Assembly: GCF_000181795.1 (NCBI RefSeq)
Contig: NW_003526947.1
Coordinates: 976,029-1,040,028, forward strand
Length of the DNA stretch: 64,000 bases
Reading direction: 5' to 3'
DNA from: Trichinella spiralis
Lineage: Eukaryota
Shown here in pieces: positions 11,252 through 24,500 of the stretch (its first letter is position 1; every line of letters begins with the position of its first letter). The position numbers and the translations under genes are program-made. The notes beneath the pieces were generated by a model. That model was not told the DNA's origin. It searched no databases and saw only the letters and a program-made list of their open reading frames with translations.

Positions 11252-12407
11252 TTTAAAAAACAAAAACCTTTGTTTACTGAATTTTTTGACTTAATACTAT
11301 TCAGAGATAAGAATTATCCAAACTTTTCACATTAGAAACCTACTTCGTGCAATATGGCAGTCTTTTTATTCTATAAATTTCAAATGCTCAAACCGGCAAC
11401 TTTATCAAATATCTAATAAAATCAAATTCCCAACAATGCAGCTATAACTTATGCGTCAATACTTGATTTAGCGCGGCATGGTTCGAAACTGCATGTTTCA
11501 TGTAAAAAAAATATTATATCCTGTAAAAAAATGTTCATTTTCATTATCACTCATTGCAAACAGGTGGCAATTTGAATTCCGTTATTTGGGCAATGACTGT
11601 ATTCTGTCATTCAAAGGGAGCAATAGATTCAGCATTTTGCGGTGGAAATAAATTCCAAATGCTGTAAAAAAATAAATGTATAAACAATTTACACCAAAGA
11701 AATCCTCCCAAGACTGGTGTTTTTATGAATGTTTGGAGATATCCACTTAGAAGTTCAATTAAACAAACGACTTGTATTCAAGAAAATGGCTAAAAACTCT
11801 TTTATAATTTCGTCGTAATTGCAAACAATTTTGTACAACTTGAACAAACATTAATTTTCAATAATACGCAATCGTGGCTTTGCTGAGAAATCTGCAGATA
11901 CGACTAGTTAAGAGGGTTAGCATTTATAGTAAAAATGTACATGAACATAAATAACATATAAAAGTGACATTGTTGCGATATTAATTCTATGGATAATAAT
12001 AAAAAACATAACATTTGAAAATATTTTGGAAAGGTAAACAGCAGATTCAGAACATATGAATAATTTAACAGTTTGACACAGAATACAAAGGTAACATAAA
12101 TGATTGCAAATGAAAACTCTTTTAATGTGAAATCAATTTATCGAAACAATTCTCAGAACTATCCTGCCCATTAGGGATGTTGCTCTCATTTTTCACATCT
12201 TCCCTATTGCATACTTTTGACGGATTTCAACGTGTTTACCTATTGGAATGTATTATGTCATGAATCGCCTTGGATTTTAGCATCTGATTAATAAGGATAG
12301 AAATAAAAAAACAAAAACTAGAAATATTTGCAAAATAACATCAAAATTAAAAATTAAGTTAAACAAAATTTAATTTCAGCACATTGTATTTCATATGATC
12401 AGAATTT
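11252..12407 (+). repeat. ~1.15-kb segment duplicated in direct orientation at 14941-16096
   Basis: Near-identical sequence from tttaaaaa(a)caaaaacctttgtttactg to acattgtatttcata...gaattt. About a dozen substitutions cluster in the first ~420 bp. Confidence 0.95.
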
Positions 12408-13531
12408 TACAGACGCATGCTAATTCTCTGCACTTAATTATGATCACATTTATCGAAAACAAACAAATGTATTTTCCAATGAAGAACTAATTGAAAAGGA
12501 TTTGTTAATTTAATTATTTTGATGCTACATTTAATAAATTTAATTTTTATCAATATCACCTCTATCAAAAGTTCAATGCTGGAACTTAACATTTCAAAAA
12601 CGTGCTTCAATTTAACGACTATATTTAAAAAATTAAAAAATTTAATACGTAAATTTTTATAATGCATACACTTTGAATGCAAACAAAAAGAGAATGTGAC
12701 ATTAGCGAATATTAATATCAAGTTTCACTCCAGAATCCATCAAAGGGTTAAAAGCGGACTTCAGTAGTAGTTTCGTATTGCGATAATAAACTGAGAGACC
12801 GGATATTGTTAGTCACTTTAGTTAAACAAACAAGCACATTGCTACTGGCAACAAAACGCTGCTGGAAAATTCAATTTGCATATTCGCAAAAGCAATGTTA
12901 TTCGACCTAGTTTACCTGCACTAACACTCAACTGTTTTTCTTGACTCATCTGGGCAGTATTACAAAAAATATTAAAAATTGCCAGTAATGTAAAATATCA
13001 GAACATATCAAATAAATCTCATTCATAATAAACGGCCCTAATTACTGAACATCAAAAGCAACTGCCAACAAACTGCCCTCTAAAAAATTGTTCAAATTAA
13101 AGACTTTCAAAAGAAATCAGGTGGATAACTGAATATTGTTTATTAATTAAAAAGGATCATAAGTTTTTGTTGCCTTCCCGCGATGAATAATTAACTGAGA
13201 TAACTTTATCTGACGGCATTGTTAAATTCATTTGTAGTCAATGTTATCAAGTTAACAAAAAATGTTGATATACATCACGTCAGACGAACAACCTTCACGT
13301 AAAGTATCTCGACAATGAATATCTGGACAAACTAAAATTTCAATTGCTGCTAATCGTAAACACTGACACCTTTTGCACATATCTCATTTATAATAGAATA
13401 CTTTGACTATTCTACGTCTATAAAATTTTCCTAATAAAGCGCTTGTCCTCTTAGACGTGAAATTTCAGAAAATACATTACAGTAAAAAAGATGAAATAAG
13501 TAAAGAAAAGTGAGACTTAACTAAATTAGGG

Positions 13532-13877
13532 TCTCCGTTTGGTTGAGATCCATCCTTCTTTATATGCATTTCCAAACCACGACAAAAAATTTCTAGAAAT
13601 TATAATAAAATGAACAAAAAATCACATCTAATTTATGGGCCTACGACCGTCTTTCTATTGAAAACGCAGCACCACTCACTCTCAGCATACCATTAGCCAA
13701 AAATTATTTCTACGAATGACGCAAAAGTGATTGCATAGCACTTACATAGAGTTTTCCATGTAATTAATTGGTGAACAAGTACTACTTAAATTGTTCACTT
13801 CGCTGGGCCGCCATAATTTTGGTGGATGTTAGCAGAAAGGCAAACAAATAGCGAGATCTCACAAATACATTTCGATG
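13532..13877 (+). repeat. ~345-bp diverged dispersed repeat, copy 2
   Basis: Colinear with 5888-6229. Confidence 0.9.
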
Positions 13878-14741
13878 TCAGGGAAACAAGCTTCATTTCA
13901 GTTTGCCTTCGGATAACATAATTCGAGTTGATGAAGCAATCACATATTTCTATTAACCATTATAATCGGCAATTCATGTATCTTCGAAGTTCAAAACTGT
14001 CATATAACGTGCAAAATTGAAAATCACTGAAAAGATAGTCATAAATTATCAATGTTTACGCAAAGTATCAAAACATTAGCATTATTTATCATTTCGTATT
14101 TTAAAGTCTGATGAAAGAAAATCTACAATTTAGTTATAATACAAGCCAAGTGCACTTTAAACTGCCTAAATATGAAAATCTAAACCCTTCTAAAAAATTA
14201 TTCAGAAATAAAAAATTACTTTTTAATGCTTCGTACTTCAGATTCGAAAATGGCTTTTTCAAAAAAGAAATACATTCCACAGAAAATGTACAATAAAACA
14301 ATTAATTTTAATTTAAAGCAGGAATTCAGAGTGCTGCCGTGTACCTTTCCATGCCGTAAGACGTAGCCACATGCATGATGAGAAATGAATGGAATATTTT
14401 GAACAAAATACATTGTGTCAGAAGTTGTCAATCACGTCACTTGTGGTACTTGAATTCAGCTTCAATTTGCTGCATATGGAAAATGCGAAACAGTGATTGT
14501 TCTGCCTATCACATAATTCGGCTGATCTATCTAATTACTAACCTCTGCTATCCCTGAAGCGGAATTAATGAACGTTTGACAACTATCAAATAGCTCAATA
14601 CGATAAAATATTAACAGAGAGGAAATTTGCTTGCCCCAAAAAGCAGACAAAAGACACTTGTTAATAACCATCAGAAATCAAGTCGGAAAATTTTTAACAC
14701 CACCTAAGTAACACCTAAATTCCATCATCTTATCGAAAAGC

Positions 14742-16218
14742 GGGGTGGTTTTACTCGGTCCCGCTTTTATCTCATTGGTCTTTGCCCACGCTATTTTATT
14801 AGACCGTCAAATCTTTGTTGTATTGGTTTTCATTTTATTTGGCCGTGAAGTCTTTGTCGTAATGGTTTTCTTTGTCTAATTCCTCAGTGAAGTCTTTGTC
14901 GCATTGGTTTTTTTTGTCTAATTGCTCATTNNNNNNNNNNTTTAAAAACAAAAACCTTTGTTTACTGAATTTTTTGACTTAATACTATTCAGAGATAAGA
15001 ATTATCCAAAATTTTCACATTAGAAACCTACTTCGTGCAATATGGCAGTCTTTTTATTCTATAAATTTCAAATGTTCAAACCGGCAACTTTATCAAATAT
15101 CTAAAAAAATCAAATTCCCAACAATGCAGCTATAACTAATGCGTCAATACTTGATTTAGCGCGGCATGCTTCGAAACTGCATGTTTCATGTAAAAAAAAT
15201 ATTATATCCTGTAAAGAAATGTTCATTTTCATTATCACTCATAGCAAACACATGGCAATTTGAATTCCGTTATTTGGGCAATGACTGTATTCTGTCATTC
15301 AAAGGGAGCAACAGATTCAGCATTTAGCGGTGGAAATAAATTCCAAATGCTGCAAAAAAATAAATGTATAAACAATTTACACCAAAGAAATCCTCCCAAG
15401 ACTGGTGTTTTTATGAATGTTTGGAGATATCCACTTAGAAGTTCAATTAAACAAACGACTTGTATTCAAGAAAATGGCTAAAAACTCTTTTATAATTTCG
15501 TCGTAATTGCAAACAATTTTGTACAACTTGAACAAACATTAATTTTCAATAATACGCAATCGTGGCTTTGCTGAGAAATCTGCAGATACGACTAGTTAAG
15601 AGGGTTAGCATTTATAGTAAAAATGTACATGAACATAAATAACATATAAAAGTGACATTGTTGCGATATTAATTCTATGGATAATAATAAAAAACATAAC
15701 ATTTGAAAATATTTTGGAAAGGTAAACAGCAGATTCAGAACATATGAATAATTTAACAGTTTGACACAGAATACAAAGGTAACATAAATGATTGCAAATG
15801 AAAACTCTTTTAATGTGAAATCAATTTATCGAAACAATTCTCAGAACTATCCTGCCCATTAGGGATGTTGCTCTCATTTTTCACATCTTCCCTATTGCAT
15901 ACTTTTGACGGATTTCAACGTGTTTACCTATTGGAATGTATTATGTCATGAATCGCCTTGGATTTTAGCATCTGATTAATAAGGATAGAAATAAAAAAAG
16001 AAAAACTAGAAATATTTGCAAAATAACATCAAATTTAATTTTAAGTTAAACAAAATTTAATTTCAGCACATTGTATTTCATATTGATCAAGAATTTNNNN
16101 NNNNNNGGTGGATTCCTCATTGATTCAACTCTTCAGTTGTGATTAAGATTTGACGGCCCAATAAAATAGCGTGGGTAATGACCAATGAGAGAAAAGCGGG
16201 ACCGAGTAGTACCAAACC
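14742..16218. mobile_element. TIR DNA transposon (Mutator/MULE- or Merlin-like); no transposase visible, interior gapped
   Basis: 74-bp imperfect TIRs at 14742-14815 and 16145-16218, both starting GG..TGGT..TACTCGGTCCCGCTTTT. They are flanked by a perfect 9-bp direct repeat TCGAAAAGC (14733-14741 and 16219-16227). Subterminal ~40-bp tandem repeats lie at ~14810-14930. The interior is bounded by two 10-N gaps. Confidence 0.85.
14941..16096 (+). repeat. Second copy of 11252-12407, lying between two N gaps inside the TIR element
   Basis: Direct read-by-eye alignment with 11252-12407. Confidence 0.95.
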
Positions 16219-16960
16219 TCGAAAAGCAGTCGAAAACATTTAACTGTTCATCTATTTATGCACGTCGATTAAATAATATTGTATTTACAGAATGATAGAA
16301 ATAGAAAAGAAGTTTATGACTTGGAAGAATCGTCTTCTGTTGAATAAATGATATGTGAAACTGTGAAGCCCTTGAAAAGCGTCACTTTTGAAGATGAAAA
16401 TGTTTTCATTTTAAAAATAAAAAAGTAGAGAAATGGAAAATTTTGTAAAGAAAAAAAAGCAAAATATTTCTACTGAACTTACATAAATTACTACTACAAT
16501 TTGACCTAGATCGTAAACGAATTGTCGATAACCATTATCCAATATAACAGATCTTTTACGCGTAATAGCATACTGAAATTGAATTGCATAAAATTCATCC
16601 GCCACCAGTTAGTGTTCTACGTAGAATATGGCCAGTCTATCGGTGAGTAGCGCCAATGGGAAAATTGGGACAAAATGAGAGAGCACATTTTTGGAAAGTA
16701 TCCCATGTTATTTGATAAATTGCCATGGAATATATATATAGATATTTTTTTTCATTTACTTACTGTCAGCATATAAAATTGCAAATTTGTAAAATTCATC
16801 TTTGTCAGCTTATTAGCTGATGGATCTGTTCGGTTTCTGTTATATGATTATATCTACATATATCTTCTATATAGACATATAATGCTATTATTTACGCATC
16901 ACGAATTGTCGTCATCAGTGAACAAAATATAGGATAAATAATTTAAGAAAAAAACAACAG

Positions 16961-18587
16961 TCAAAACCAAGGATGCCATGCCGGATCCATGCGACACAAG
17001 TTGTCCTCACAATAGGCAGCATTGAACAAGGTAATAATTTTCGCTTCACCTTTTTCTTCGTCAGCTAATGCTAAAAATAAAAATATTTTTTCACATTTCA
17101 TAAAATGTCTCATTCGTGCAAAAAAATAATGAGAGCTACTAGCCAGTTTTCATGTTGCTTGGAAATTAACTAAATTGTAAATAATAAAAAATAATAATAA
17201 TCGACTAACTTTTGAGACGATTCTCGACTGCACTGAGACATCGATGCACGTGGTGGATCATTTCTTCGCGACTTTTGCCAACCACCAGCGATTGAATTTC
17301 ATCCCAAACGAACGGTCGAATCCAGTGGAGAAAGCCGCGTCGCAGCAACACTCTAGCCGAAGCAACGGCACATGGAACCATGCAGCCAGGGATAGCCATG
17401 CCAAAAAATTCAGCCATCGCTGGTGTAAGACGAAAACCGACCGGCATGTTTCCGTCAAAGTAATCTGAAAAAGCAAATCACATACACATACTGTCGATTT
17501 GTTAATTGTTCAAACAACAAAACTGTCGACTAAAAAAAAAAGAAAATAAAATCCAATCTTACTGTCGCTGTCAATTTCATAACGCAAAAAAAACGTAACA
17601 GGTTGTCCAGATTTCATTGAGACGAACAATTCTTCAGGATAAAGTGGTGCCAAGTGCATGACGTAGTAGAGCATATTTTGCAAACCGAGCTGAGCAGCCA
17701 TCTGTTGTTGAAAACAAAAAAAATATTGAAAATACTGAGAACAAAAGAATTTCTATTTTCCGTCGTCTATGAGACACAGTCGTCTGCACCAAAGAGAGCA
17801 TTGTGGTTGTATGTATATAATACCTGATTCCTGAACGTAACAAAGTCAGCTGAATCCGGTAAACAACGTCGTAACTGATCAATCATATCCGCCGTGCGTA
17901 CTGTTGCTTGGACTTTCTTGAAAATACGCTGAAGCATTGCATGCACTTGCGCGTGAGCGCTCTGCTGCGACACCAATTCTTGGTAATAAGTGAAAATCAG
18001 CTCTTCTTCTTCGGTCACTTTTCCAGTCATTTTCAAATGCTGCTTGAAAAATTGTATTATCGGTTTCGAATTCGGATCGTCCAAAATGCAAGTATGATCC
18101 GGACCAATGGGAATCAACACTGGAACATTGATCTGCAAATGACGCGACGCTGTCAACTGAAATGAAACAATCAGTGACCAATTAGAAAGTAAAAACTGCC
18201 AACGATGATTATCTACGACAACTGTGATGATGATGATGATGATGATGATGAATGAAGAAGAAAAAATTGTGTTCGTTCAGTTCAACTTGCTTGTTTGTTT
18301 GTACTCACCCGTTCTTTGGCTAGCATTTGATTGACACCACGAAACAGCTGCAACAGGCGAGATGTTGAACGCAAATTCGGCATTTGATCGTTGGAAAACA
18401 AAAAATAAGTATATGTCTAATGAAAAGACCGATATAGATTCAAAAACAACTACAAACTGTGCAAAAAATAAAAACTCACCAATCCGTCGGTGCCTACAAT
18501 GTGAAATCGTCGTCCGATCAGGTAACCAATTTGAGCAAATTCAACAATGGGCAAAAATTTATGTATATAAACAGGTCGAATTGTTTC
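16961..18587 (-). other. TRRAP PI3K-like pseudokinase domain and FATC-encoding exons (last six exons)
   Basis: Spliced product: RLLQLFRGVNQMLAKER/LTASRHLQINVPVLIPIGP...YVMHLAPLYPEELFVSMKSGQ...MPVGFRLTPAMAEFF...LCRMDPAWHPWF. It lacks the DRH/N and DFG catalytic motifs, as expected for TRRAP. Confidence 0.92.
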
Positions 18588-21500
18588 CTTAAAAAAATAT
18601 GAAACAAAACAACACAAAATGTGCAATGCAAATGGGCAGCAAAATGAAAACAAAAAAAATTACGTACAGTAGGATTCAGCGCCAGGTGGGGAAGTAGAAC
18701 ATCAAGCGTGTGAGGCCTGAGCGTCAAAAGGCTTTTGCAGAATTTTTCTTTGCACATCAAAGAGCTCGACTGTTTCAAAAATTGTTCGGCCGACTTGCGC
18801 AAATTGAATACTTTGCGCAAAATTGTGGGAATTTCGGCGAAAACAAGCTGCACTTGACGCAGTTCGTCGAATGCCGCTTCGCACACGCTCAAAACATCGG
18901 GCGATTTCAATTTCGACCTGCGCAACACAACATTGCGAAAATTTACATTTCAAATCGGATCTTACTCTCTAAGAAATGAAGCAATTTCGGAAAGTTTTTG
19001 AAAAATATGCGCACGCTGCTGGTCAGTCGGTTCGTAACAATTGACAAATGCTACAACTTGGTAACAACGTTCCAACTGAATCACCATACGAAGCAGTTGT
19101 TCACCGGGTGATTCTTGGCAAACTTCATTTGTCAGCTGAAATACAAATTGAACATTTCCAATTCAACAACTTTATTATATACATATATTTTGTGTGTGTG
19201 TGTGTGCGCGCGCAACTTACTTCTTTGATAAAATTGTCCATAAAATAAACCATATTCGGATGCTTCAATTTCAAGTTCACGTACAATTTGTATAGCAAAG
19301 CTGATTTGTCTGAATAAATAAATAGAAATAAATATAGCTCAGTGTTGAGCATTGAGATTTGAAATTGAATTTCTTACTGTCCATTGCGGACGACTCGTCA
19401 ATGGTAACACTATAGACTGGCATCAACGAAACCATATGGTAGTAGACGCACTGAGGATACATGCGAGCAGCGTGCATGATCACCTGCTGCCATGTGCCGT
19501 ACAGTGTTGAGCAAAGAATGTCGAACAGCTGGGGTATCCTGTAGAATAAATGAACAGAAAATGTAAAACACAACCAATGTCGTCGTCATCATCAGCATTC
19601 TCATCAAATTCCATTTACCAGAATGCTAAATTCTGAGGTGGCAAAGTGAATAAACATTCGAAAATTTTGCCCATCATCAGATCGGTTTTGTCGAACTTTA
19701 ACAAATAGAACAAACGGCCAAAATGCAGACGTGCTTTATATTCATTACCAAGACAACAGACCCGCAGATGACACTGTATAGCAATACGAAGCATGTCACC
19801 AGACATACTGAAAATAAAAATTTCAGCGTATGTTATGTAAAAAAAAGCAATACGCTTTCTTTCGAGATAACAAAATTGAAAAAAAAATGAAATAAAATTT
19901 ACGTTTCAAAAAATCTTCTTTCATAAAAGTCAGCCAAAAATTCGCACGCTTTCACATTTGAACTGTCAATTTTCAATGCTCTGATATACAGACTCACGGC
20001 CTTATCTTTCCTTTAAAAAGTTGGAAAAATTAGACAAACAAGAAAAATTATGCGACATATTTGAATTTTCAAATTATCAATTTCCCATTCTTATTCTGCA
20101 CATTGGAAAAGTTTACGTCGGTAAATAGAGATCAAGAGAATTAATAATAATGATAATAATGGAAAAGATCCCTTCCAGTAGTGTTGAAGCGGAAATTGTG
20201 TTTATCGAACGTCTTGCTTAAACTATAAAACACGTTGGGAAAAATTTTTTATAAAAGAAAAAACAAACTTATTCTACTGATGTAATAAGCTGAAAATGAA
20301 ATGAAAAATCTAACTGAATTGAATAATGAATGGACAAACATAGTTACACAACATGAACAGAATCAATTTTCAAAAAAAGAAAACCCTGTGATCAATAATA
20401 ATAATAATCATAATGAAATATACTGTTGAAAACAAAACAAAATAAAATTAATTAATAAATTAAACTCACTTTTGCATCAGTGAACACGTTTTACCATGCA
20501 AAGCGATCACTTTGCTCATTTGCTTCTTGTTAAAAACGTCCATGAAAGTGCGTTGAATACGACGATCCGTCTGAAAACAGACAACACATCGTCGATACAA
20601 CAAAGTTCATCCAAAAAGCAAATGTAAAACAGTGGAAAATTTTCAACTTACACAGACAAGCATGGAAATTTTTTCAGTTACATCCTTCTCGCATTCAGAC
20701 CATCGGATCATTGTTTTGATCGTGTCGTGAACAACCTGGTACGCGTCTTCCAATGGTAGAAGAGCATGCGCATTGGCACTGCAGTAAAAGATGGAAAAAA
20801 AATAATAATAAATGAATGAAATTCATAGAGAAAAAAAAGACAACAAACAAACAAACAAACAAACAAACAACAGCTTACCGCAACAGTATAGTCAAAGATG
20901 TAGAAAATAGCAACTGCTTCCTGGCGCAGCGGGCCGTGTCCAACGACGACAGCACAATTGCATGTTCACTGCCCACTTGATCGTACGGACCGAGCTGAGA
21001 AGAATGGAAAAATAATTTCGAACAGAAAAATATTATTCATTCCATTCATCAATTTACCTGTTCCAATATTTGCAAATCATTGTACAACTGCATGCACTGT
21101 TGACGCCAGGCCGCTATCGCGCTCCAAGCCAACTGATCATCGCACAAGAAGCGTGATCCGGTACGAAATTCATTACTTCAAAATAATAATTATTATTTCA
21201 AAAAAAAACAATAAAAACCCCAATCATCCATCTCCAAAAAAACGCCTACTTCCAAACTTTGAGCAGATTTTTCACATCTCTGATAGTAAAACGCTTCAAT
21301 TCGACAATCGGTGTGACGAACGTGTTCCACAGTTCACCGCATTCTTGCAACTCGATCACCTGCTGACCAGACTGCATCAAAGCAATATGCGCTTCGGTGA
21401 TCGCCTTCGGCAATCGACGCCACTCTTTGATCAACAATCTCTGACAGCTGGGTACCAATCGTTCCACAATTGCGGTTGTAGTGGCACTTTCTTCGTCGTT

Positions 21501-24500
21501 GAAAAAAAATGCCATATACCCATGATAAAGGCTAGCTTTCCAAATCCACTCTTTCGGACAGTTGGTCTCTATCTGAAATAAATATAATCGAATGAGAAAA
21601 AAAAACACACAATCAAACAAAGAAGAAAAAACACAATTTCAATTTATTACAACTGAAAGCCTGTCTCTCAGCATGTCCCAATGACCACAACGAACAGCAC
21701 ATTCCAACGAAAGAACGGGATAATCTTTGCCGATTGTTTGCAGACAATTTTCCACCACATCCCACATGTTCATCTGCTGACAACAGCTAAACAAGCGAAT
21801 CGCAAATTGCAATTAATAAATAAATAAATTAATTCATCATTTGACATCAATATAATAGTAATAATAATAATAATAATAAACGGTCGGCAAATCATTACTG
21901 CAACATGCGCTCTTCGCATAATCGAAGTTCGTTGCCTACATCAGGATCACTGAAGTCGAGTGTAAAATCCGAATCCGCTTTGAAAACCTAGCGTTAAAAA
22001 GTTTAAAAAAAATACGATATATTCAAAAAAAAATTTTTTTTTCTTGTTCAAATTATTACATTGGAATAAATGCGACGCGCATCTGAAAACAGGCCGTATT
22101 GTTCTTTGGCCAAACCTTCCTTGCAAAAATTAATTCCCGGTCGTCGATTCAACGCCGCACAGTACATGTCAAAATCGTTCAACTGTTGATGCAAGTCGGC
22201 AAGCGCGTGCAAAGCTTCCTGAAAAAAATTTAAATGAAAAGCAAAAAATTACAAACAAACAAACAATCGAATCGCTTTCGCTTCACTTACTCGATAAGTA
22301 GCAAAAGCCAACCTGTCATCAAGTGGCATTTCGCTGCCGAATGTCATCTTCTCCAACCCGATCATAGACAAATGCCACACATTGTGCGCTTTTCCCAAAT
22401 ACTGAAAAGATAAAAAATATCCACAACAACAAATTACATCTGTTTCGGATAAATAAACAGATATACGACATACTGATAAAACGAATGGACTGAAGTCGGG
22501 CAATGGATCGCACGAAATGAAACCTTCGAGAAATGTTCGTATGACATTTTTGGCGTTGCCTCGCAATGTTGTGTGCGTTACACAGGCCAGAAATGGATTA
22601 ATCCAAGAAGAGACGTGCTGGAAAAGAAAGGGAAAAATTTAAACAACAAAAGAAAAAAAAATCATAACGTGCAATAATAATAATAATAACTGAAATTCCA
22701 TTTCACCTCCTTCAAATCAACGGTCAGCGAATTCCAAAGTGATTGTATACAGTTGATGAATATTCGCGACGCCACGTCCGGATGCATGTGACAAAAGTAC
22801 AACAAGTGTGGAATTAAAGCGTTTGCCTGGAAAAGAAACAAATAAAAAAAGCAATTGAGAACCTTTTCTTGAAATTTTTATCAATCAAATTCTATTTCCG
22901 TCCATTTCCAATACTTATCAAATATATATATAATAATCTTGTCTTAAGTACTATGTCATGCACAAATCAATTAAACAAATATATATATATATATATAATG
23001 TTGACAACAATAATGTCGAGTGATTTTTCTTTTTTGAATTTTCATTGTCAATAAATTCATACAACTCACCGAATCGTCAACTTCAAATTCGTTCAATTGC
23101 AATTCCGTCTGTACAGAATGCTTACGAAACGGCAACACGTGACTAAAAACCATAGGTATGGATGTTTTCGTTGCCCTGAGCATAATCTGCAATAATAATA
23201 ATAATAATAATAATAATAGAATTTATTTATTGTGCCTTAAAAGTGAAACGTCTCGTCTCTCACCGCACTGCACAACTTGATCCAGTTGTGCTGTTGTAAT
23301 GGTTCCCAAGTTTGCGTGCACATGATATATTGGAGTCGACCGAACGGTGACATCGGTAAAGTCGATTCCAAAATTTCGCTGAAATTATTGCGCGTCTCTT
23401 CGAACGGTGCCACGAGAGCGTGGAGAAAAGCCGGCTCCAATTTCACTATCAATTCCGTATTTCGGTATTCTTCCGAGCTGAACAACAACAACAACAACAA
23501 AATTATACAATTATCCAATTTTCAATATCCCACAACTGCTCTCTCTCTCCCTCTCTCTCTCTTTACCTGTATACAGAATGGACCAAATTGTGGAACAGTT
23601 TGCGTACTTCAGTGTCGGCGGGTAATTTTTTATCAATACATTGCATGAGTTTGATTAGAACAATTTGCCGTTCACGCAACGACGGTCCCGTTGGTTTCTG
23701 GCAAAAAAAGAGAAATTAATTACCAATCAAAAATGAAAAAATTATCACAAATTGAATAAAGCAACGATAAAAAAAATAATAAATACCGCCATCTTCATCC
23801 ATTCGACTACAAGCAGCACTATGGTGCCGAACAAACGCAAACTGTTCGTCTTCTCGATCAACACAAGAAGCACGTTGTGCAACAATGCACGCTGCAAATC
23901 GTGCGAAATATTCTCCATGATCGGCTTCAGTACATCCAAACACCAGAGCATCAAATCAGAAGTTGCTAGAAATATATTCATATATATATATATATGATTG
24001 CACAAAATTGAACAGAAGAATAATTTTTCAAACATTTCTTACTTCGAGTCTTGTCGTTCGAAGTGATATGGTCACGGGTCAGTCGATGCAACGTTCGAAT
24101 CAACGGACTGGCAAACTGTTCCACATAGTGGGGATTTCCATAGCTCATCGCTTTCAACAACGTTACCGCCGTATAGACTGTACCAATGCCTCCGGTATTT
24201 CTGCTACAACAACACGAATAACCATGCTCAAACTAAGTCGAAACATTTCGTCAAATCGCTCCCAAGCCTACTTTTCAAATGCATTCAACGAATCGGTCAA
24301 CACATTGCCCACACCTTCGCACAAAATCGGCAAACGTGCCATCATTTCCGGGAACTGCTGCTCGCCGAACGCCGCGTGAAGTTTCGTAAACAACGAATAT
24401 ATGCTCCGAGTTATCTGAACAATTTTCCCAATTACACTACCACCATTTAAAAAATTCCAACAAACAAACCTGAGTGTTGGGACAACTGAAACAAACAAGC

